A stretch of DNA of 64,000 bases from positions 2,528,001 through 2,592,000 of the forward strand of contig OZ240215.1 of the NCBI GenBank assembly GCA_965197585.1. Reading direction: 5' to 3'. Below, piece by piece: positions 20,396 through 30,906 of this stretch. Within the stretch, counting starts at the first letter, position 1; the number at the start of each line of letters is the position of its first letter. Source of the stretch: Dehalococcoidia bacterium (GTDB taxonomy: Bacteria; Chloroflexota; Dehalococcoidia; Plut-88900). The notes beneath the pieces are model-generated. The model was not told the DNA's origin, ran no database searches, and saw only the letters and a list, made by a program, of their open reading frames with translations. Position numbers and translations under genes: made by a program.

Positions 20396-20529
20396 CCCGA
20401 GCTCCTTTCATACTGCCCCATTCCCCTATCTGAAACACCGCAAGCATACTGCAAAACCCCTTATCCCCTCTTACCTCACAGTTGTCCGAGGGCTCTGACC
20501 TGACATACAAAATGGCGTATAATCAGGCT

Positions 20530-21432
20530 ATGTTCGCCACAATAGGCCGAAGCTGGCAACTCTACAAAGTCTGCTGGAAAGTCCTCCTCCACGACAAAGA
20601 GCTGCTCGTCTTCCCCCTCATCTCGACCATCGCCCTTATCCTCACCATCGCCGTGATCTTCGGTTCCGGTATGGTCTTCCGTGCCGCCGACTCCGTGAAC
20701 GGCGGAGGAGGGGAAGCCGGTTCTGACCTGGGTTTCGTCGACTTCGTCCTCATGGGCGTTTTCTACTTCGTCAACTACTTCATCATCATCTATTTCAATG
20801 CCGCCCTCATCGGCGCGGCCCGCATCCGCCTCCGCGGCGGTGACCCTACCATCCGAGACGGCTTCCGGGCCGCCAATTCCAACCTGATGGGAATCATCGG
20901 CTGGGCCTTCATTTCCGCCATCGTATCACTCATCTTCTACGCACTGGAAAAGGCCGCTTCTAACCGCGGCGGCTTCGGCGGCATCGCACTGATGATCACT
21001 ACATGGCTGCTGCGCGGCGCATGGTCCGTCTTCACCTACCTCGTGATACCCGTGCTGGTAATCGAAGGCGTCGGCCCCATCGAGGCAATAAAGAGGTCGG
21101 CGGCCCTCCTCCGTAAGACATGGGGTGAGCAGCTTGTCAGCAGGTTCGGTTTCGACTTGATGGTCATGATCGTCGGCATACCTATCGTTTTGGTGGCCGT
21201 CGCAATCGGGATTGTGATTCCCCAGCCCGCAGGCCTCATCATCGCCGTAGCCTTTGGGGTTGTGGCCCTCGGGGCCCTCATACTCGTAACCGCCGCCCTC
21301 AAGGCCATCTACGTGGCCGCCCTCTACGAGTACGCCACCGACGGCGTCCTCCCCGACTTCTTCCCCCGTGAAGTCGTCTCCGACAGTTGGACCCCTAAGG
21401 GCGGCCCTCAGTTCAGCCAGTACCGGCCTTAG
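20530..21432 (+). CDS. Multi-pass membrane protein (DUF6159-like)
   Basis: RSWQL..DKELLVFP, several TM segments, AIKRSAALLRKTWGE; TATAAT 6 nt before the ATG (possibly leaderless). Confidence 0.7.
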   Translation: MFATIGRSWQLYKVCWKVLLHDKELLVFPLISTIALILTIAVIFGSGMVFRAADSVNGGGGEAGSDLGFVDFVLMGVFYFVNYFIIIYFNAALIGAARIRLRGGDPTIRDGFRAANSNLMGIIGWAFISAIVSLIFYALEKAASNRGGFGGIALMITTWLLRGAWSVFTYLVIPVLVIEGVGPIEAIKRSAALLRKTWGEQLVSRFGFDLMVMIVGIPIVLVAVAIGIVIPQPAGLIIAVAFGVVALGALILVTAALKAIYVAALYEYATDGVLPDFFPREVVSDSWTPKGGPQFSQYRP

Positions 21433-22871
21433 ACCTCCGCCACCCCCGAGGCCACCGGACCTCCCAAGGGCGCTTTCGGACCTCCGCAAGCCACGAATTC
21501 TCCGTAGCCCGGCTTCTGCAGGATTTCACCTTCCTTCATGACCACCTGTCCCCTCACCATCGTCATCCAGGGCCGACCCTTCTGGCCCCACCCCTCGTAA
21601 AGAGTCAGTCCTGCATTGGTCTTCAGGTCCGACGCCGTGATAGTCCTCTCGTAGTCCGGGTCGATGAGCAAAAGGTCGGCGTCCGACCCTATGCTGATCG
21701 TGCCCTTCCGGGGATACAGCCCGAACACCCGAGCCGGGTTCTCCGCCAACGCCCTGGCTATCCAGGTTATCGACATCCCCCGCTTCACCACACCCTCGCT
21801 GTACATCAGCGGCAGCATCGTCTCCACCGACGCGCTCCCGAAGGGCACCGTGTTCCCCTGCGCATCCTGGAACACATTGTCCCACCCCGACTCCTTCTTC
21901 TCCTTATGCGTCGCCGAGTGGTCGCTCGCCACTATCGAGATGTGTCCGCCCTGCAGACCTCCCCAAAGGGCATCCTGGTCTGGCCCTTCTTCCGGCCTCA
22001 AAGGAGGCCCGATCTTCGCATGGGGCCCCCACTTCTCCATCTCCGCATCGGAGAGCAGTAGGTACTGGGGACACGTCTCGGTCCACACCCGCTGCCCGTT
22101 CCGCTGGGCATCCTTAATCTTCTCCAGGCCTCCCTGGGTGCTTAAGTGCACCACATAGGTCGGGCAATTTGTCATCGCTCCCATCTGGATCGCCCGGTTG
22201 ACGGCCTCCGCCTCGGCCCACGGCGGGCAGGCCTGGGGGAAGAAGCGCGGATGCGTGCATCCTTCGGACATGAGTTTGTTCTGCAGGTAGTCCAGCACGT
22301 CGCCGTTTTCGCAATGAAGCTGCGTCAGCCCCCCGTGACTCCCGATAACGTCCATTGCCTGGCAGATGAAGTCGTCAGAGCACATTCGGTACTTGCGGGT
22401 CTTGTAGGTCATGAACATCTTGTAAGACGTGACACCCATGTCGAAGGCTTCTGGGAGACCCTCCAGAATGTAGGGCTGCTTGTGCAGGATGAAGTGAAAA
22501 GCGTAGTCCAGCACCGACGCCGCTTTCGCCTCCTCCTTGATACGCCTGATGGCCGTGGGAATCGTCTCGCCGTTCAGATCGTCGTATATGCAGAACACTA
22601 TCAGGCTCGTGATGCCGGAATGGGCTGCGGCCAGCGGAGCGTCGACCCAGTCGTCGCACTTCAACGAGTCTATGTGCATGTGCGCGTCTATCGCTCCCGG
22701 CAGCACATACTTCCCCGAGGCATCGATGTACCGCTCAGCCTCTGGCAGCAACTCCCTCGGCCCCAGCGCCACGATCCTCCCGTCCTTCACCGCCACGCTC
22801 GTCCGTACCACGTCCGAAGACGTCACCACTTCACCGTCATGCACTATCGTGTCTACGTGCCTGCTATTCAT
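21429..22871 (-). CDS. Cyclic amidohydrolase (dihydropyrimidinase/hydantoinase-like)
   Basis: PGAIDAHMH, SYKMFM (carboxylated Lys), LHCEN, VVHLS, ETCPQY, SDH, NPAR..GLYPRKG. Confidence 0.88.
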   Translation of the reverse strand: MNSRHVDTIVHDGEVVTSSDVVRTSVAVKDGRIVALGPRELLPEAERYIDASGKYVLPGAIDAHMHIDSLKCDDWVDAPLAAAHSGITSLIVFCIYDDLNGETIPTAIRRIKEEAKAASVLDYAFHFILHKQPYILEGLPEAFDMGVTSYKMFMTYKTRKYRMCSDDFICQAMDVIGSHGGLTQLHCENGDVLDYLQNKLMSEGCTHPRFFPQACPPWAEAEAVNRAIQMGAMTNCPTYVVHLSTQGGLEKIKDAQRNGQRVWTETCPQYLLLSDAEMEKWGPHAKIGPPLRPEEGPDQDALWGGLQGGHISIVASDHSATHKEKKESGWDNVFQDAQGNTVPFGSASVETMLPLMYSEGVVKRGMSITWIARALAENPARVFGLYPRKGTISIGSDADLLLIDPDYERTITASDLKTNAGLTLYEGWGQKGRPWMTMVRGQVVMKEGEILQKPGYGEFVACGGPKAPLGGPVASGVAEV

Positions 22872-22992
22872 AGTGTATTCCTCCTGGGGTTGGGGGGATT
22901 GCGCCCGTGCCACTGCCCGTAATTCTAGTCCACCCTTCCTAGTATTTCACCCCCGCCCCCGACTCCGATCAGGAATCCCTTCCTGGGAGGGG

Positions 22993-23027
22993 CCGCTCAC
23001 CCTGAGCTTAGTCGAAGGGTCGAGCGG
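22993..23027. repeat. REP-like palindrome
   Basis: CCGCTCACCCTGAGCTTAGTCGAAGGGTCGAGCGG. Confidence 0.6.
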
Positions 23028-23162
23028 GGGTGGCGCCCGCAATGCCAACCCGTCGTGGTAGCCCTAACACCACTCCACCCCCCTCCCCACCTAAGATATA
23101 CTACCCCTTACCCAGTCCCGCATATTCAAAAGCCCTTGCCACGTTCCCGAAAGGGGGTTCCC

Positions 23163-23774
23163 ATGGTGCAGCTAGGAAAATTAGTCGAGTCCGTCACCAT
23201 CCCCGCCCGACACGGGCGCGCCGTCGTAGTCCGCGGTGGTCAGAAAGTTAAGGTGACCGATGTCGACGGCAAGCAGGTCTGCGACTTCTTCGCCCTCCGC
23301 GCCTCCGACCCTTCCGTCTACCTCTCCGGCGTCTACACCCGCAGCACCATCGCAAGGGTGCGCCCCCGCGTCGGTGACACCCTTTTCGACAACCATCGAA
23401 TCGCCATCATGTCCTTCCTGGAAGACACTACTATCGGCATCCACGACATGCTCTACGCCCCCTGCGACCCCCAGAGATACCTCATCGACTACGAGGTAAC
23501 CGAGCATCGGAGCTGCAAGGAAAACGTTCTTGAAGCCCTGGCAACGCTCGACGTCCACCCTCCCGTAACCCCCGAGGTCTTCAACATCTTCCAGAACAGC
23601 AGCCCCGACGACGATGGCAACCTTTCAGTTAAGGAGCCCGTCTCCCGGGCCGGTGACTACGTTGTCCTCCTGGCCCTCGACGACCTGATCGTAGCCGGTT
23701 CGGCCTGCCCCCAGGACCTCAACCCCTGCAACGGGTTCAACCCCACCGACCTCACCCTGGAGGTGTACGACTAG
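23163..23774 (+). CDS. DUF1989 / urea carboxylase-associated family protein
   Basis: DVDGKQVCDF, HDMLYAPC, HRSC, NIFQN, SACPQDLNPCN. Confidence 0.85.
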   Translation: MVQLGKLVESVTIPARHGRAVVVRGGQKVKVTDVDGKQVCDFFALRASDPSVYLSGVYTRSTIARVRPRVGDTLFDNHRIAIMSFLEDTTIGIHDMLYAPCDPQRYLIDYEVTEHRSCKENVLEALATLDVHPPVTPEVFNIFQNSSPDDDGNLSVKEPVSRAGDYVVLLALDDLIVAGSACPQDLNPCNGFNPTDLTLEVYD

Positions 23775-23790
23775 GGGACTGGCATCGCCA

Positions 23791-24792
23791 ATGAAAGCCA
23801 TGTCCTTCAGCGCTCCCGCCCCCGTGGAGCGCCGACCCCTCCAATTGTCGGAGTCCCCTGTACCCGAGCCGGGCCCCGGTCAGGTACTCGTCCGGGTCAC
23901 GGCCTGTGGCGTCTGCCGCACCGACCTCCACATTATCGAAGGTGATCTCCCGCCCAGAAAATCTCCCCTGGTCCCCGGCCACCAGGTAGTCGGGACCGTG
24001 GAGAAGCTGGGCCCCGAGGTTGAAGGTTTCGAAATCGGGGCCCGAGTCGGCGTTCCGTGGGTACATCGGACCTGCGGCCGCTGCGCCTTCTGCCAACGAG
24101 GCCGCGAGAACCTCTGCGAGTCCGCTCTCTTCAACGGCTACAACGTGAACGGCGGCTACGCCGACTACGTCCTGTCTGATGAGAGTTTCACTTTCCCCAT
24201 CCCCGACACCTTCCCCGACCTCCAGGCCACCCCCCTCCTCTGCGCCGGGGTCATCGGCTACCGCGCCCTCCGCCTCGCCGATGTCCCAACCAACGGCAGG
24301 CTCGGCCTTTACGGCTTCGGCGGTTCCGCCCACGTAGTAATACAGATCGCCGTCCACATGGGCCTTGAAGTCTACGTTTTCTCCCGCAGCGAGAAGCACG
24401 GTGCCTTGGCCCGAGACCTCGGCGCGGTGTGGGTCGGAAGCGCGAAGGAAGGCCCACCACATAAGCTCGACGCCTCAATCATCTTCGCCCCCGCCGGCGA
24501 ACTCATCCCCCTCTCCCTGGAACATCTGACGAAGGGTGGAGTGCTCTCCCTCGCAGGCATCTACATGACCCAAGTCCCGGGCCTCGACTACAACCGACAC
24601 CTCTACGACGAGAAGGTCATCCGCAGCGTCGCCAACAGCACCCGCCAGGACGTGAAAGAACTGCTAACCCTCGCCGCCGAGGTCCCCGTCCGCACCCGAG
24701 TCCAACCCTTCCCCCTGGAAGCCGCCAACGACGCCCTCATAGACCTCAAACAAGGCCGCATCAACGGCGCCGCCGCCCTAACCCTCACCTAG
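23791..24792 (+). CDS. Zinc-dependent alcohol dehydrogenase family protein
   Basis: CGVCRTD, PGHQ, CGRCAFC..ENLC structural Zn site, LLCAG, GFGGSA. Confidence 0.9.
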   Translation: MKAMSFSAPAPVERRPLQLSESPVPEPGPGQVLVRVTACGVCRTDLHIIEGDLPPRKSPLVPGHQVVGTVEKLGPEVEGFEIGARVGVPWVHRTCGRCAFCQRGRENLCESALFNGYNVNGGYADYVLSDESFTFPIPDTFPDLQATPLLCAGVIGYRALRLADVPTNGRLGLYGFGGSAHVVIQIAVHMGLEVYVFSRSEKHGALARDLGAVWVGSAKEGPPHKLDASIIFAPAGELIPLSLEHLTKGGVLSLAGIYMTQVPGLDYNRHLYDEKVIRSVANSTRQDVKELLTLAAEVPVRTRVQPFPLEAANDALIDLKQGRINGAAALTLT

Positions 24793-25029
24793 CCCCTCCC
24801 CCAGCCATCCTTCTCTCCTTGTGTCATCCCATCCTCATACTGTCATCCCGAGGCTCTGCGAGGGGCATAGGGCTTGCCCTCTCACTTACCTGCTTCATTC
24901 CACTTCCCTTCCCCCGTTAAACAAAGCAATATGGTCGATGCTGATTAGCAGCATCAGCTATATCGCATCAAACAGGGCGGGTGGTTGGGAACCTATTTCC
25001 CCGCCGTAGGCGTAAACCCTTCTTGCCCC

Positions 25030-25551
25030 CTAGAAATACCACCCCAACCCCTTGTGCAACCCTCGCAAATAGGCTATCTGCCCTCCATGCACAATCGCCT
25101 CGTTCACAATGACCTGGACGATGTTTCCCAACGGCACCGTGCCTTCGCCGACCAACGCCGGCACCTGCTTGTCCAGGTCCTCGGGACTTAGCGACGCCAG
25201 GTAGTCCGCCACCTTTTTCTCCGTTTGCCCGAAGTACTCTTTCAGGGCGTCCACCGACCCCACGCTAAACGAGTCCAGATCATCCACCTTGTGCCCGAAT
25301 CCCATCCCTTTGGTTTCTGCAGATAGACCGCACTTCTTTGCCCAATCGTCGTTCCACAGCTGATCCGACCCGTCCAGAGACGAGACCAAGCCGTCCTCCG
25401 CCCGAGCCAAGTGCCACAGCAGCCAAGCCATCGAGTTGCACTCCGAGTTCGGACGGGTCGCAACCTCCTCGTCCGAAAGGCCGTCCAGGGCCTTCCTCAC
25501 CATGCTCCGGTTCCCCTTCAGCAGCATTGTAACCAGCTCATTAGCTTCCAT
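25030..25551 (-). CDS. DinB/DUF664 family protein
   Basis: NSMAWLLWHLARAED, HGGQIAYLR; AGGAG RBS. Confidence 0.82.
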   Translation of the reverse strand: MEANELVTMLLKGNRSMVRKALDGLSDEEVATRPNSECNSMAWLLWHLARAEDGLVSSLDGSDQLWNDDWAKKCGLSAETKGMGFGHKVDDLDSFSVGSVDALKEYFGQTEKKVADYLASLSPEDLDKQVPALVGEGTVPLGNIVQVIVNEAIVHGGQIAYLRGLHKGLGWYF

Positions 25552-25647
25552 TTCTCTCCTCTTGGTGTCGGGTGTCAAATGGGTCGGGTGAGGGTGGAGT
25601 TTAGCATAGGGGGGCGAATTAGTGAGATGGGCAATGTGACAGGTTGG

Positions 25648-28011
25648 TCACTGAAAGTCATAAGTGTCGGGGGGAATCACATCATGGAAGATGGAGTATT
25701 GAGAAATGACCACATCCTCACCACCAATTTTACCCCATACAGTGAGGGAATAGACGCCGCTGCCGTGTTTGGCCAACAAGTCCCTCAAATCAGCCCTAAT
25801 TGAAAATCTGCTGCCATTTATATTCCATGTATCAGCCGTAATCCATGGTACTGTGATGGACTGGGTCGGGATTGAAAAGCTGTCAAGCCTAACTCGACGA
25901 AAAATAGAGTCAGCATTAAGAACAGAGCTAGGCACAGCGACGTCGGGAGAAACGTCATAGGGATTAGGGCAGGGTTTATGGGTTGAGTTGTAAGTGTGAG
26001 TTGGATAATAACTGTTTCCACCTGGCGGAGGACGCAGCCCCGCCACCTGAAGCCCCTGGTCATAGCAGTAGGTTCGCGCTAGTTGCCCTCTGGTAAGGGG
26101 GTGGGGCGGTGCATCATAAAATATCTGTACGCTCAAGTCCCAAATGCTCGACAAGGTCGCACCGTTCTTAGTTTTACCGTTTATGGAAAGATACCCCAAA
26201 TTTATGGACGGCAATTGATCATAGGTGACGTAATCGCCCTCGAAATGCTGGAAGAACACGGTGTTGTAGCGGTCCCATGCTAGCCCTATGTTTACCTTCC
26301 TGTGCCATGGGTCCAATAAGTTACGGAGATGCCCGGGGCTATTCATCCATCCTTCAATGGCTTCTTCAATTTCTTTTTTCACGCCTGCAATAGATCTGTA
26401 GCCGTCTCGAGAAGTGATGCAATAGCTACGCCCACCTCCATTTTCTGCATTGGACTGATAACCTCCACCAAGACTGTACCTCATGTATGGCTTTAGTCCA
26501 TCGCTGCCCCAATGACCAGAAGAACAGTTCTCCAGAGCGGTTTCGGCATGAATCTGAGCGGCAGGGTTGTCGCCCAGGACTACAGCGCCAACACCCGCTC
26601 GCTCACGTTCCGCATTGATCAACTCCAACATATACAACTTCTCTTCCGCGTGTCGCAGGCTAGGATCCAGAATGGGTGACGGCGTCGCAGTTGGTCTTGG
26701 CGTCGCCGTCGGCACGGGTCTTGGGGTAGGAGTTGGGGGTGGTATAGGCGTCGACGTAGGCATAGGAGTAGGGGTGAGCACGGGGGTAGCTGTAGGTACT
26801 GGTGTTGCTGTAGGTATCGGAGTTGACGTAGGAACCGGCGTCGGAGAGGGTACCGGCGTAGGCACTACGCTGCACGTCGGCAGTCCGAGGGTGTTCAGAT
26901 CGTCGTCGTAGATAGCAGCCTGCAGTTCCTCCGATATGCACCCTGACAACGGGTTCCCCTCCACCAGCAGGCTGGTCAACCTACCCATGTTGAACAGGTT
27001 GATTGGCACTACACCATTCAAGTTGTTGTCGATCAGATACAGGAGGGTGACCCTGCCATCCGAGTCCGTATCCACCCCATACCACTCCCTAAGGGGCGCG
27101 TCGCTGAGCCAGTTGCGATTGTCCGTCCAGTTCGAACCATCCGTGGCCTCATACAGCCGGACGAGTGCCTCCCTGTCGGTGGCCGGGGATTGCACGTCGG
27201 GCGGGAGGGGGAAAGGCACCGGAGTTGGGGTGAGAACCGGGGTAGCAGTAGGGCCAGGGGTTGGCGTCGGGGGCAGGGCTGTTGGAGGAGCCAGCGTAGA
27301 CGTTGGAGACGGGACCGCTTCTTCTCCCTCATCAACAAAGTACGGCAAGGCCAAGTAGACCCCGACAACCCCTCCGGCAATCAACAAGACCAGACAAGCA
27401 AGAATTAGGCATCGCCGTATTTGCTTACATCCCCGATGTTGACCTCTTCCAGCATCTGTCTGACGTCCTTGAGTTTCTTCGGCAGGACGTCTATCTCCAC
27501 CCTTCAAGGCTGATTCCCTTGCCCTCCGTTCTCTCTCAGCCTTTCGAGCCGCTTCCCTAGCCCTCCGTTCCGCCCCGGCCTTTCGTGCGACTTCCCTTGC
27601 AACCCGAGCCTTCTCTACTGCGTCTTCCGCTTCACGTACAGTTTCTTTATCTCTCTGCTTACTCTGTACTTCACTAGTAGCTTCCCTTGCTCTGCAGGCG
27701 GTTTCACTCTTTTCGCCTATCTTATCCTCACCACCATGCCGCCTCACCGGTCCCGACAGGAACCCTATCCCGAAACACCTGGGACAGCGTACCCACCGTC
27801 CACCGGGATCACGGCTCGCGTACTGCCCATGCACTCTGCCATGCCCGCCGCAGAGGTCGCACTCGTGTAGAAAGATATCGTGGCCCTTGTCGCGGTGCGT
27901 CCCCACGTGCGACCTGCAGAGCAGTGTGGAGTCTGTTTGACAGTAGCAGTACGCCGGACGCCCACAGCGAGGAACGCTGCAATATTTGCCTCTGGATCTG
28001 CCGGACCTCAT
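25648..28011 (-). CDS. Membrane-anchored mosaic protein: B-box-like Zn finger, Zn ribbon, coiled coil, TM, Pro/Thr linkers, LRR-like module, CAP (SCP) domain
   Basis: CxxxxC/CxC/CxxH and CxxC pairs; [24 protein letters not shown]; [21 protein letters not shown]; CAP motifs [21 protein letters not shown]. Confidence 0.72.
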   Translation of the reverse strand: MRSGRSRGKYCSVPRCGRPAYCYCQTDSTLLCRSHVGTHRDKGHDIFLHECDLCGGHGRVHGQYASRDPGGRWVRCPRCFGIGFLSGPVRRHGGEDKIGEKSETACRAREATSEVQSKQRDKETVREAEDAVEKARVAREVARKAGAERRAREAARKAERERRARESALKGGDRRPAEETQGRQTDAGRGQHRGCKQIRRCLILACLVLLIAGGVVGVYLALPYFVDEGEEAVPSPTSTLAPPTALPPTPTPGPTATPVLTPTPVPFPLPPDVQSPATDREALVRLYEATDGSNWTDNRNWLSDAPLREWYGVDTDSDGRVTLLYLIDNNLNGVVPINLFNMGRLTSLLVEGNPLSGCISEELQAAIYDDDLNTLGLPTCSVVPTPVPSPTPVPTSTPIPTATPVPTATPVLTPTPMPTSTPIPPPTPTPRPVPTATPRPTATPSPILDPSLRHAEEKLYMLELINAERERAGVGAVVLGDNPAAQIHAETALENCSSGHWGSDGLKPYMRYSLGGGYQSNAENGGGRSYCITSRDGYRSIAGVKKEIEEAIEGWMNSPGHLRNLLDPWHRKVNIGLAWDRYNTVFFQHFEGDYVTYDQLPSINLGYLSINGKTKNGATLSSIWDLSVQIFYDAPPHPLTRGQLARTYCYDQGLQVAGLRPPPGGNSYYPTHTYNSTHKPCPNPYDVSPDVAVPSSVLNADSIFRRVRLDSFSIPTQSITVPWITADTWNINGSRFSIRADLRDLLAKHGSGVYSLTVWGKIGGEDVVISQYSIFHDVIPPDTYDFQ

Positions 28012-28104
28012 ATAGTGAGAGGCCTCGATCCTTCTTTAGTCATTCCACACCAGAGCCGCCATTCCACAGCCGTGACCTATTGCCAGAGCACTAACCCCCA
28101 CCCC

Positions 28105-29235
28105 CTACGCCCCGTTTATCGGCGGCCCACCCTCCCCTTCAGACCCCGTCACCTCGCTCGGATACACCAGCTTCCTCACCGGGTAGTTGATCTCGATCCC
28201 TTCCTCCCTGAACCGCCGGTGCACTCCCCGGATGATCTGGTCCCTGAGTAAGTACTGGTCCACGAACCCCTTCACCTTATAGATGATCGAGAAATCGATG
28301 TTCGAATCTCCAAAGTTGCTGAACCTCACCGCCGGTGTATAGCTCATGTCCGCCCTGTCCGTCTGGCTCAACACGTCGTTGACAACCTCCAGGGCCACGT
28401 CGTTTACGTGTTGCAGGTCGCTCTCGTAGCTTACCCCTCCCTTCACTATCGCATAGACTGAGGGATCGGGCCCCTGGTAGTTCGTCACCGTCGACTCCGA
28501 GAGCTTCCCGTTCGGGATGATCATCAGGTTGTTCCAGAACGTCCTAATCTTCGTCGTCCGCCACCCCACGTGCACCACCCACCCCGATGCCCCGCCATCT
28601 ATCTCGATGTAGTCTCCCACTCCTATACCGCTCTCCGTAACCGTGTACGTCCCCGCTACAAAATTAGCCAGCGTCGGCTGAATCGCCAGGGCAACGGCCA
28701 ACCCGCCGATGCCAAGTCCGGCAATCAGGGGGCTAACGTTCAGTCCCTGCGACTGCAGGACTAGCATCACCACGAGGCCATAGATGACCACGCTGGACAC
28801 CCGTTGGACTAAGGGAAGCACCCTATCATCCCACGTCGCAGCCGTTTTCACGGCAATCTCCTGGCCGTACCAGGTGATCACGGCATCCACCAACCGCTTA
28901 ATCAGGTAACCCACTACAAATATCAGTGCCGAAAGCAGGCCTCTGTCTACCAGTTCCTGGTGCTCGTCCAGAAAAGTGGTGGCTGTCAAACCTATGTACG
29001 GGCCGAAAACCAGCACGAACAGGAAGACCGGCCGGCCTATCGCGCTGACCAGGAGGTCGTCCAGAGACGTGCTCGTTCTGCCCGTCGCCCTCCTCACGAC
29101 TTTGTTTACTATGAAATACGCCAGGAAGGCCGCCACTATAGCCACCCCGAAGTAGGCTGCTCCGAATGCGGCCTCCAGTCCCGCCGACCCTACCGCAAAT
29201 TCCGGAAGCAGGTATATTGCCTCATTTTCGTTCAT
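28105..29235 (-). CDS. MscS family mechanosensitive channel
   Basis: LIAGLGIGGLAVALA, NFVAG, VGDYIE, GWRTT, IIPN, FGDS. Confidence 0.9.
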   Translation of the reverse strand: MNENEAIYLLPEFAVGSAGLEAAFGAAYFGVAIVAAFLAYFIVNKVVRRATGRTSTSLDDLLVSAIGRPVFLFVLVFGPYIGLTATTFLDEHQELVDRGLLSALIFVVGYLIKRLVDAVITWYGQEIAVKTAATWDDRVLPLVQRVSSVVIYGLVVMLVLQSQGLNVSPLIAGLGIGGLAVALAIQPTLANFVAGTYTVTESGIGVGDYIEIDGGASGWVVHVGWRTTKIRTFWNNLMIIPNGKLSESTVTNYQGPDPSVYAIVKGGVSYESDLQHVNDVALEVVNDVLSQTDRADMSYTPAVRFSNFGDSNIDFSIIYKVKGFVDQYLLRDQIIRGVHRRFREEGIEINYPVRKLVYPSEVTGSEGEGGPPINGA

Positions 29236-29339
29236 AGCTTTTTATCCCGTTCATTGAGAGTCCTTGGCCACTTCAGGCCATTATACTTAGCCGCCCGGCT
29301 AAGGCGAAGGCCAAACCCTCGCCTAGTCATCCTCCTCTT

Positions 29340-29364
29340 GTAGGGACGACCGGCCGGTCGTCCT
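29340..29364. repeat. GTAG-type REP palindrome
   Basis: GTAGGGACGACCGGCCGGTCGTCCT. Confidence 0.5.
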
Positions 29365-29454
29365 GGGGTGGGGTCCCTGTTTCGTTCTCAATACCGGAAC
29401 GTTAGAATAGGTGCCGCGCCTTTAGAGCGCCGCCACAAGTAACCGGAGGTCTCC

Positions 29455-29973
29455 ATGCCCGAACCCACCCAAGATATGGGGCTCGTAACCACCTTCATCG
29501 CCGAGTCCATCGGCCAGCCCGGCAAACGTACTTTCCGGCTCCTCCTGGGTTCGGATGCGGGCACCGCCGTCATCTGGCTTGAAAAAGAGCAGCTCCTGGA
29601 GCTGAGCCTCCATCTCAAACGGACGGTCGGCATGCTCGACGAGACCGAGCAGCCCCCCACCCCCAGCCAGGAATACCCGGGCCCCGAGACCCCTGTCATC
29701 GAGTTCAAGCTCGGTAAGCAGGCCATTGAGTTCGACGAAGAGCACAGCGTGTTCCGTTTCTGGAACTACGACGTAGAAGATGAGTCCGACGTTGCCTCGT
29801 TGGTCTTCGAAGCAACCATAGCGCAGGTCGAGCACTTCTCCGAAGAAAGCCTCAAAGTCTGCTCCTCCGGTCGACCCATCTGCCAGCTCTGCCACCAACC
29901 CATCGATCCCGACGGTCACTTCTGCGCCCGCTCCAATGGCCACCCCATCAACGCGGTCGAAAGGCTCCAGTAG
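29455..29973 (+). CDS. DUF3090 family protein
   Basis: IGQPGKRTFRL, LEKEQL, GRPICQLCHQPIDPDGHFCARSNGH; GGAGG RBS. Confidence 0.85.
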   Translation: MPEPTQDMGLVTTFIAESIGQPGKRTFRLLLGSDAGTAVIWLEKEQLLELSLHLKRTVGMLDETEQPPTPSQEYPGPETPVIEFKLGKQAIEFDEEHSVFRFWNYDVEDESDVASLVFEATIAQVEHFSEESLKVCSSGRPICQLCHQPIDPDGHFCARSNGHPINAVERLQ

Positions 29974-29974
29974 C

Positions 29975-30745
29975 ATGGGGCGGGAGGATGAGGGGGCCGA
30001 GAGCCCGGCCCCGCCTAGCATCGACCCTAACCTCCACCCCGATATCTGCCGCGACCTCATCCGTTCCTCCGCAGTCAAATGCGATCAGATCCTCCGCGGC
30101 TCTAACTACACTTTCCTGGTCGAACTCACCCTTGACGGAAAGCCCTTCGAATACGGCGTCTACAAGCCTCAACGCGGAGAAAACCCCCTCTGGGACTTCC
30201 CCATCGGCACCCTCTACAAGCGGGAGGTCGCCGCCTACCTCCTAAGCGAAGCCCTCGGCTGGCACTTCGTCCCTCCCACCGTCATATGGGATGGTCCTTA
30301 TGGTGAAGGCTCCCTGCAGCTCTTCATCCGTGACGCCCACGCAACCCACTATTTCGAGCTTCGCGACACCCATCCTGAACAGGTAAAGCCCATCGCGGTC
30401 TTCGATCTCATGGTCAACAATACCGATAGGAAAGGCGGTCACTGCATCAAGGACCCGGGCGGCAAAGTCTGGGGCATCGACCACGGCCTGACTTTCAGCA
30501 TCGAGTCAAAGCTCCGCACCGTGATTTGGGATTTCGGCGGCGAGAAGATCTCCCAAGAGACCCTCGCCCCGATAGCCCGGGAACTGGCCCGCTTCTACAC
30601 CCCCGAGGGCCTCGCCACCATTCTCCACCCCCTCCTGGACTCCGACGAGATCGACAGCCTGGCCAGGAGAATGCAATCCGTCCTTCAAGACCCCGTCTTT
30701 CCCATCCTCAGAAGCCGCTATGAAGTCCCCTGGCCCCTGGTCTAA
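29975..30745 (+). CDS. SCO1664 family protein (PI3/4-kinase-like)
   Basis: SNYTF, VYKP..GENPLWDFP, REVAAY, NNTDRKGGH, IDHG; usual partner of DUF3090. Confidence 0.88.
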   Translation: MGREDEGAESPAPPSIDPNLHPDICRDLIRSSAVKCDQILRGSNYTFLVELTLDGKPFEYGVYKPQRGENPLWDFPIGTLYKREVAAYLLSEALGWHFVPPTVIWDGPYGEGSLQLFIRDAHATHYFELRDTHPEQVKPIAVFDLMVNNTDRKGGHCIKDPGGKVWGIDHGLTFSIESKLRTVIWDFGGEKISQETLAPIARELARFYTPEGLATILHPLLDSDEIDSLARRMQSVLQDPVFPILRSRYEVPWPLV

Positions 30746-30906
30746 ACTCCCCTCCCCCCGAGCCCACCAAAGACCCCACTCCACTCTATGTCATCCCGAG
30801 GCTCCGCGCTGAAAGTCCACCGAGGCGGGAGAATCTAGGACTTGCCTACTCAACCACCTCCCACTCCCCCCTCCCAAGCTACCTGCCGTAATCCCCCCAA
30901 CCTACC

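Noticed and set aside
26670-27310. Tandem DNA repeat element
   Set aside because: Encodes degenerate Pro/Thr linkers within the 787-aa protein.
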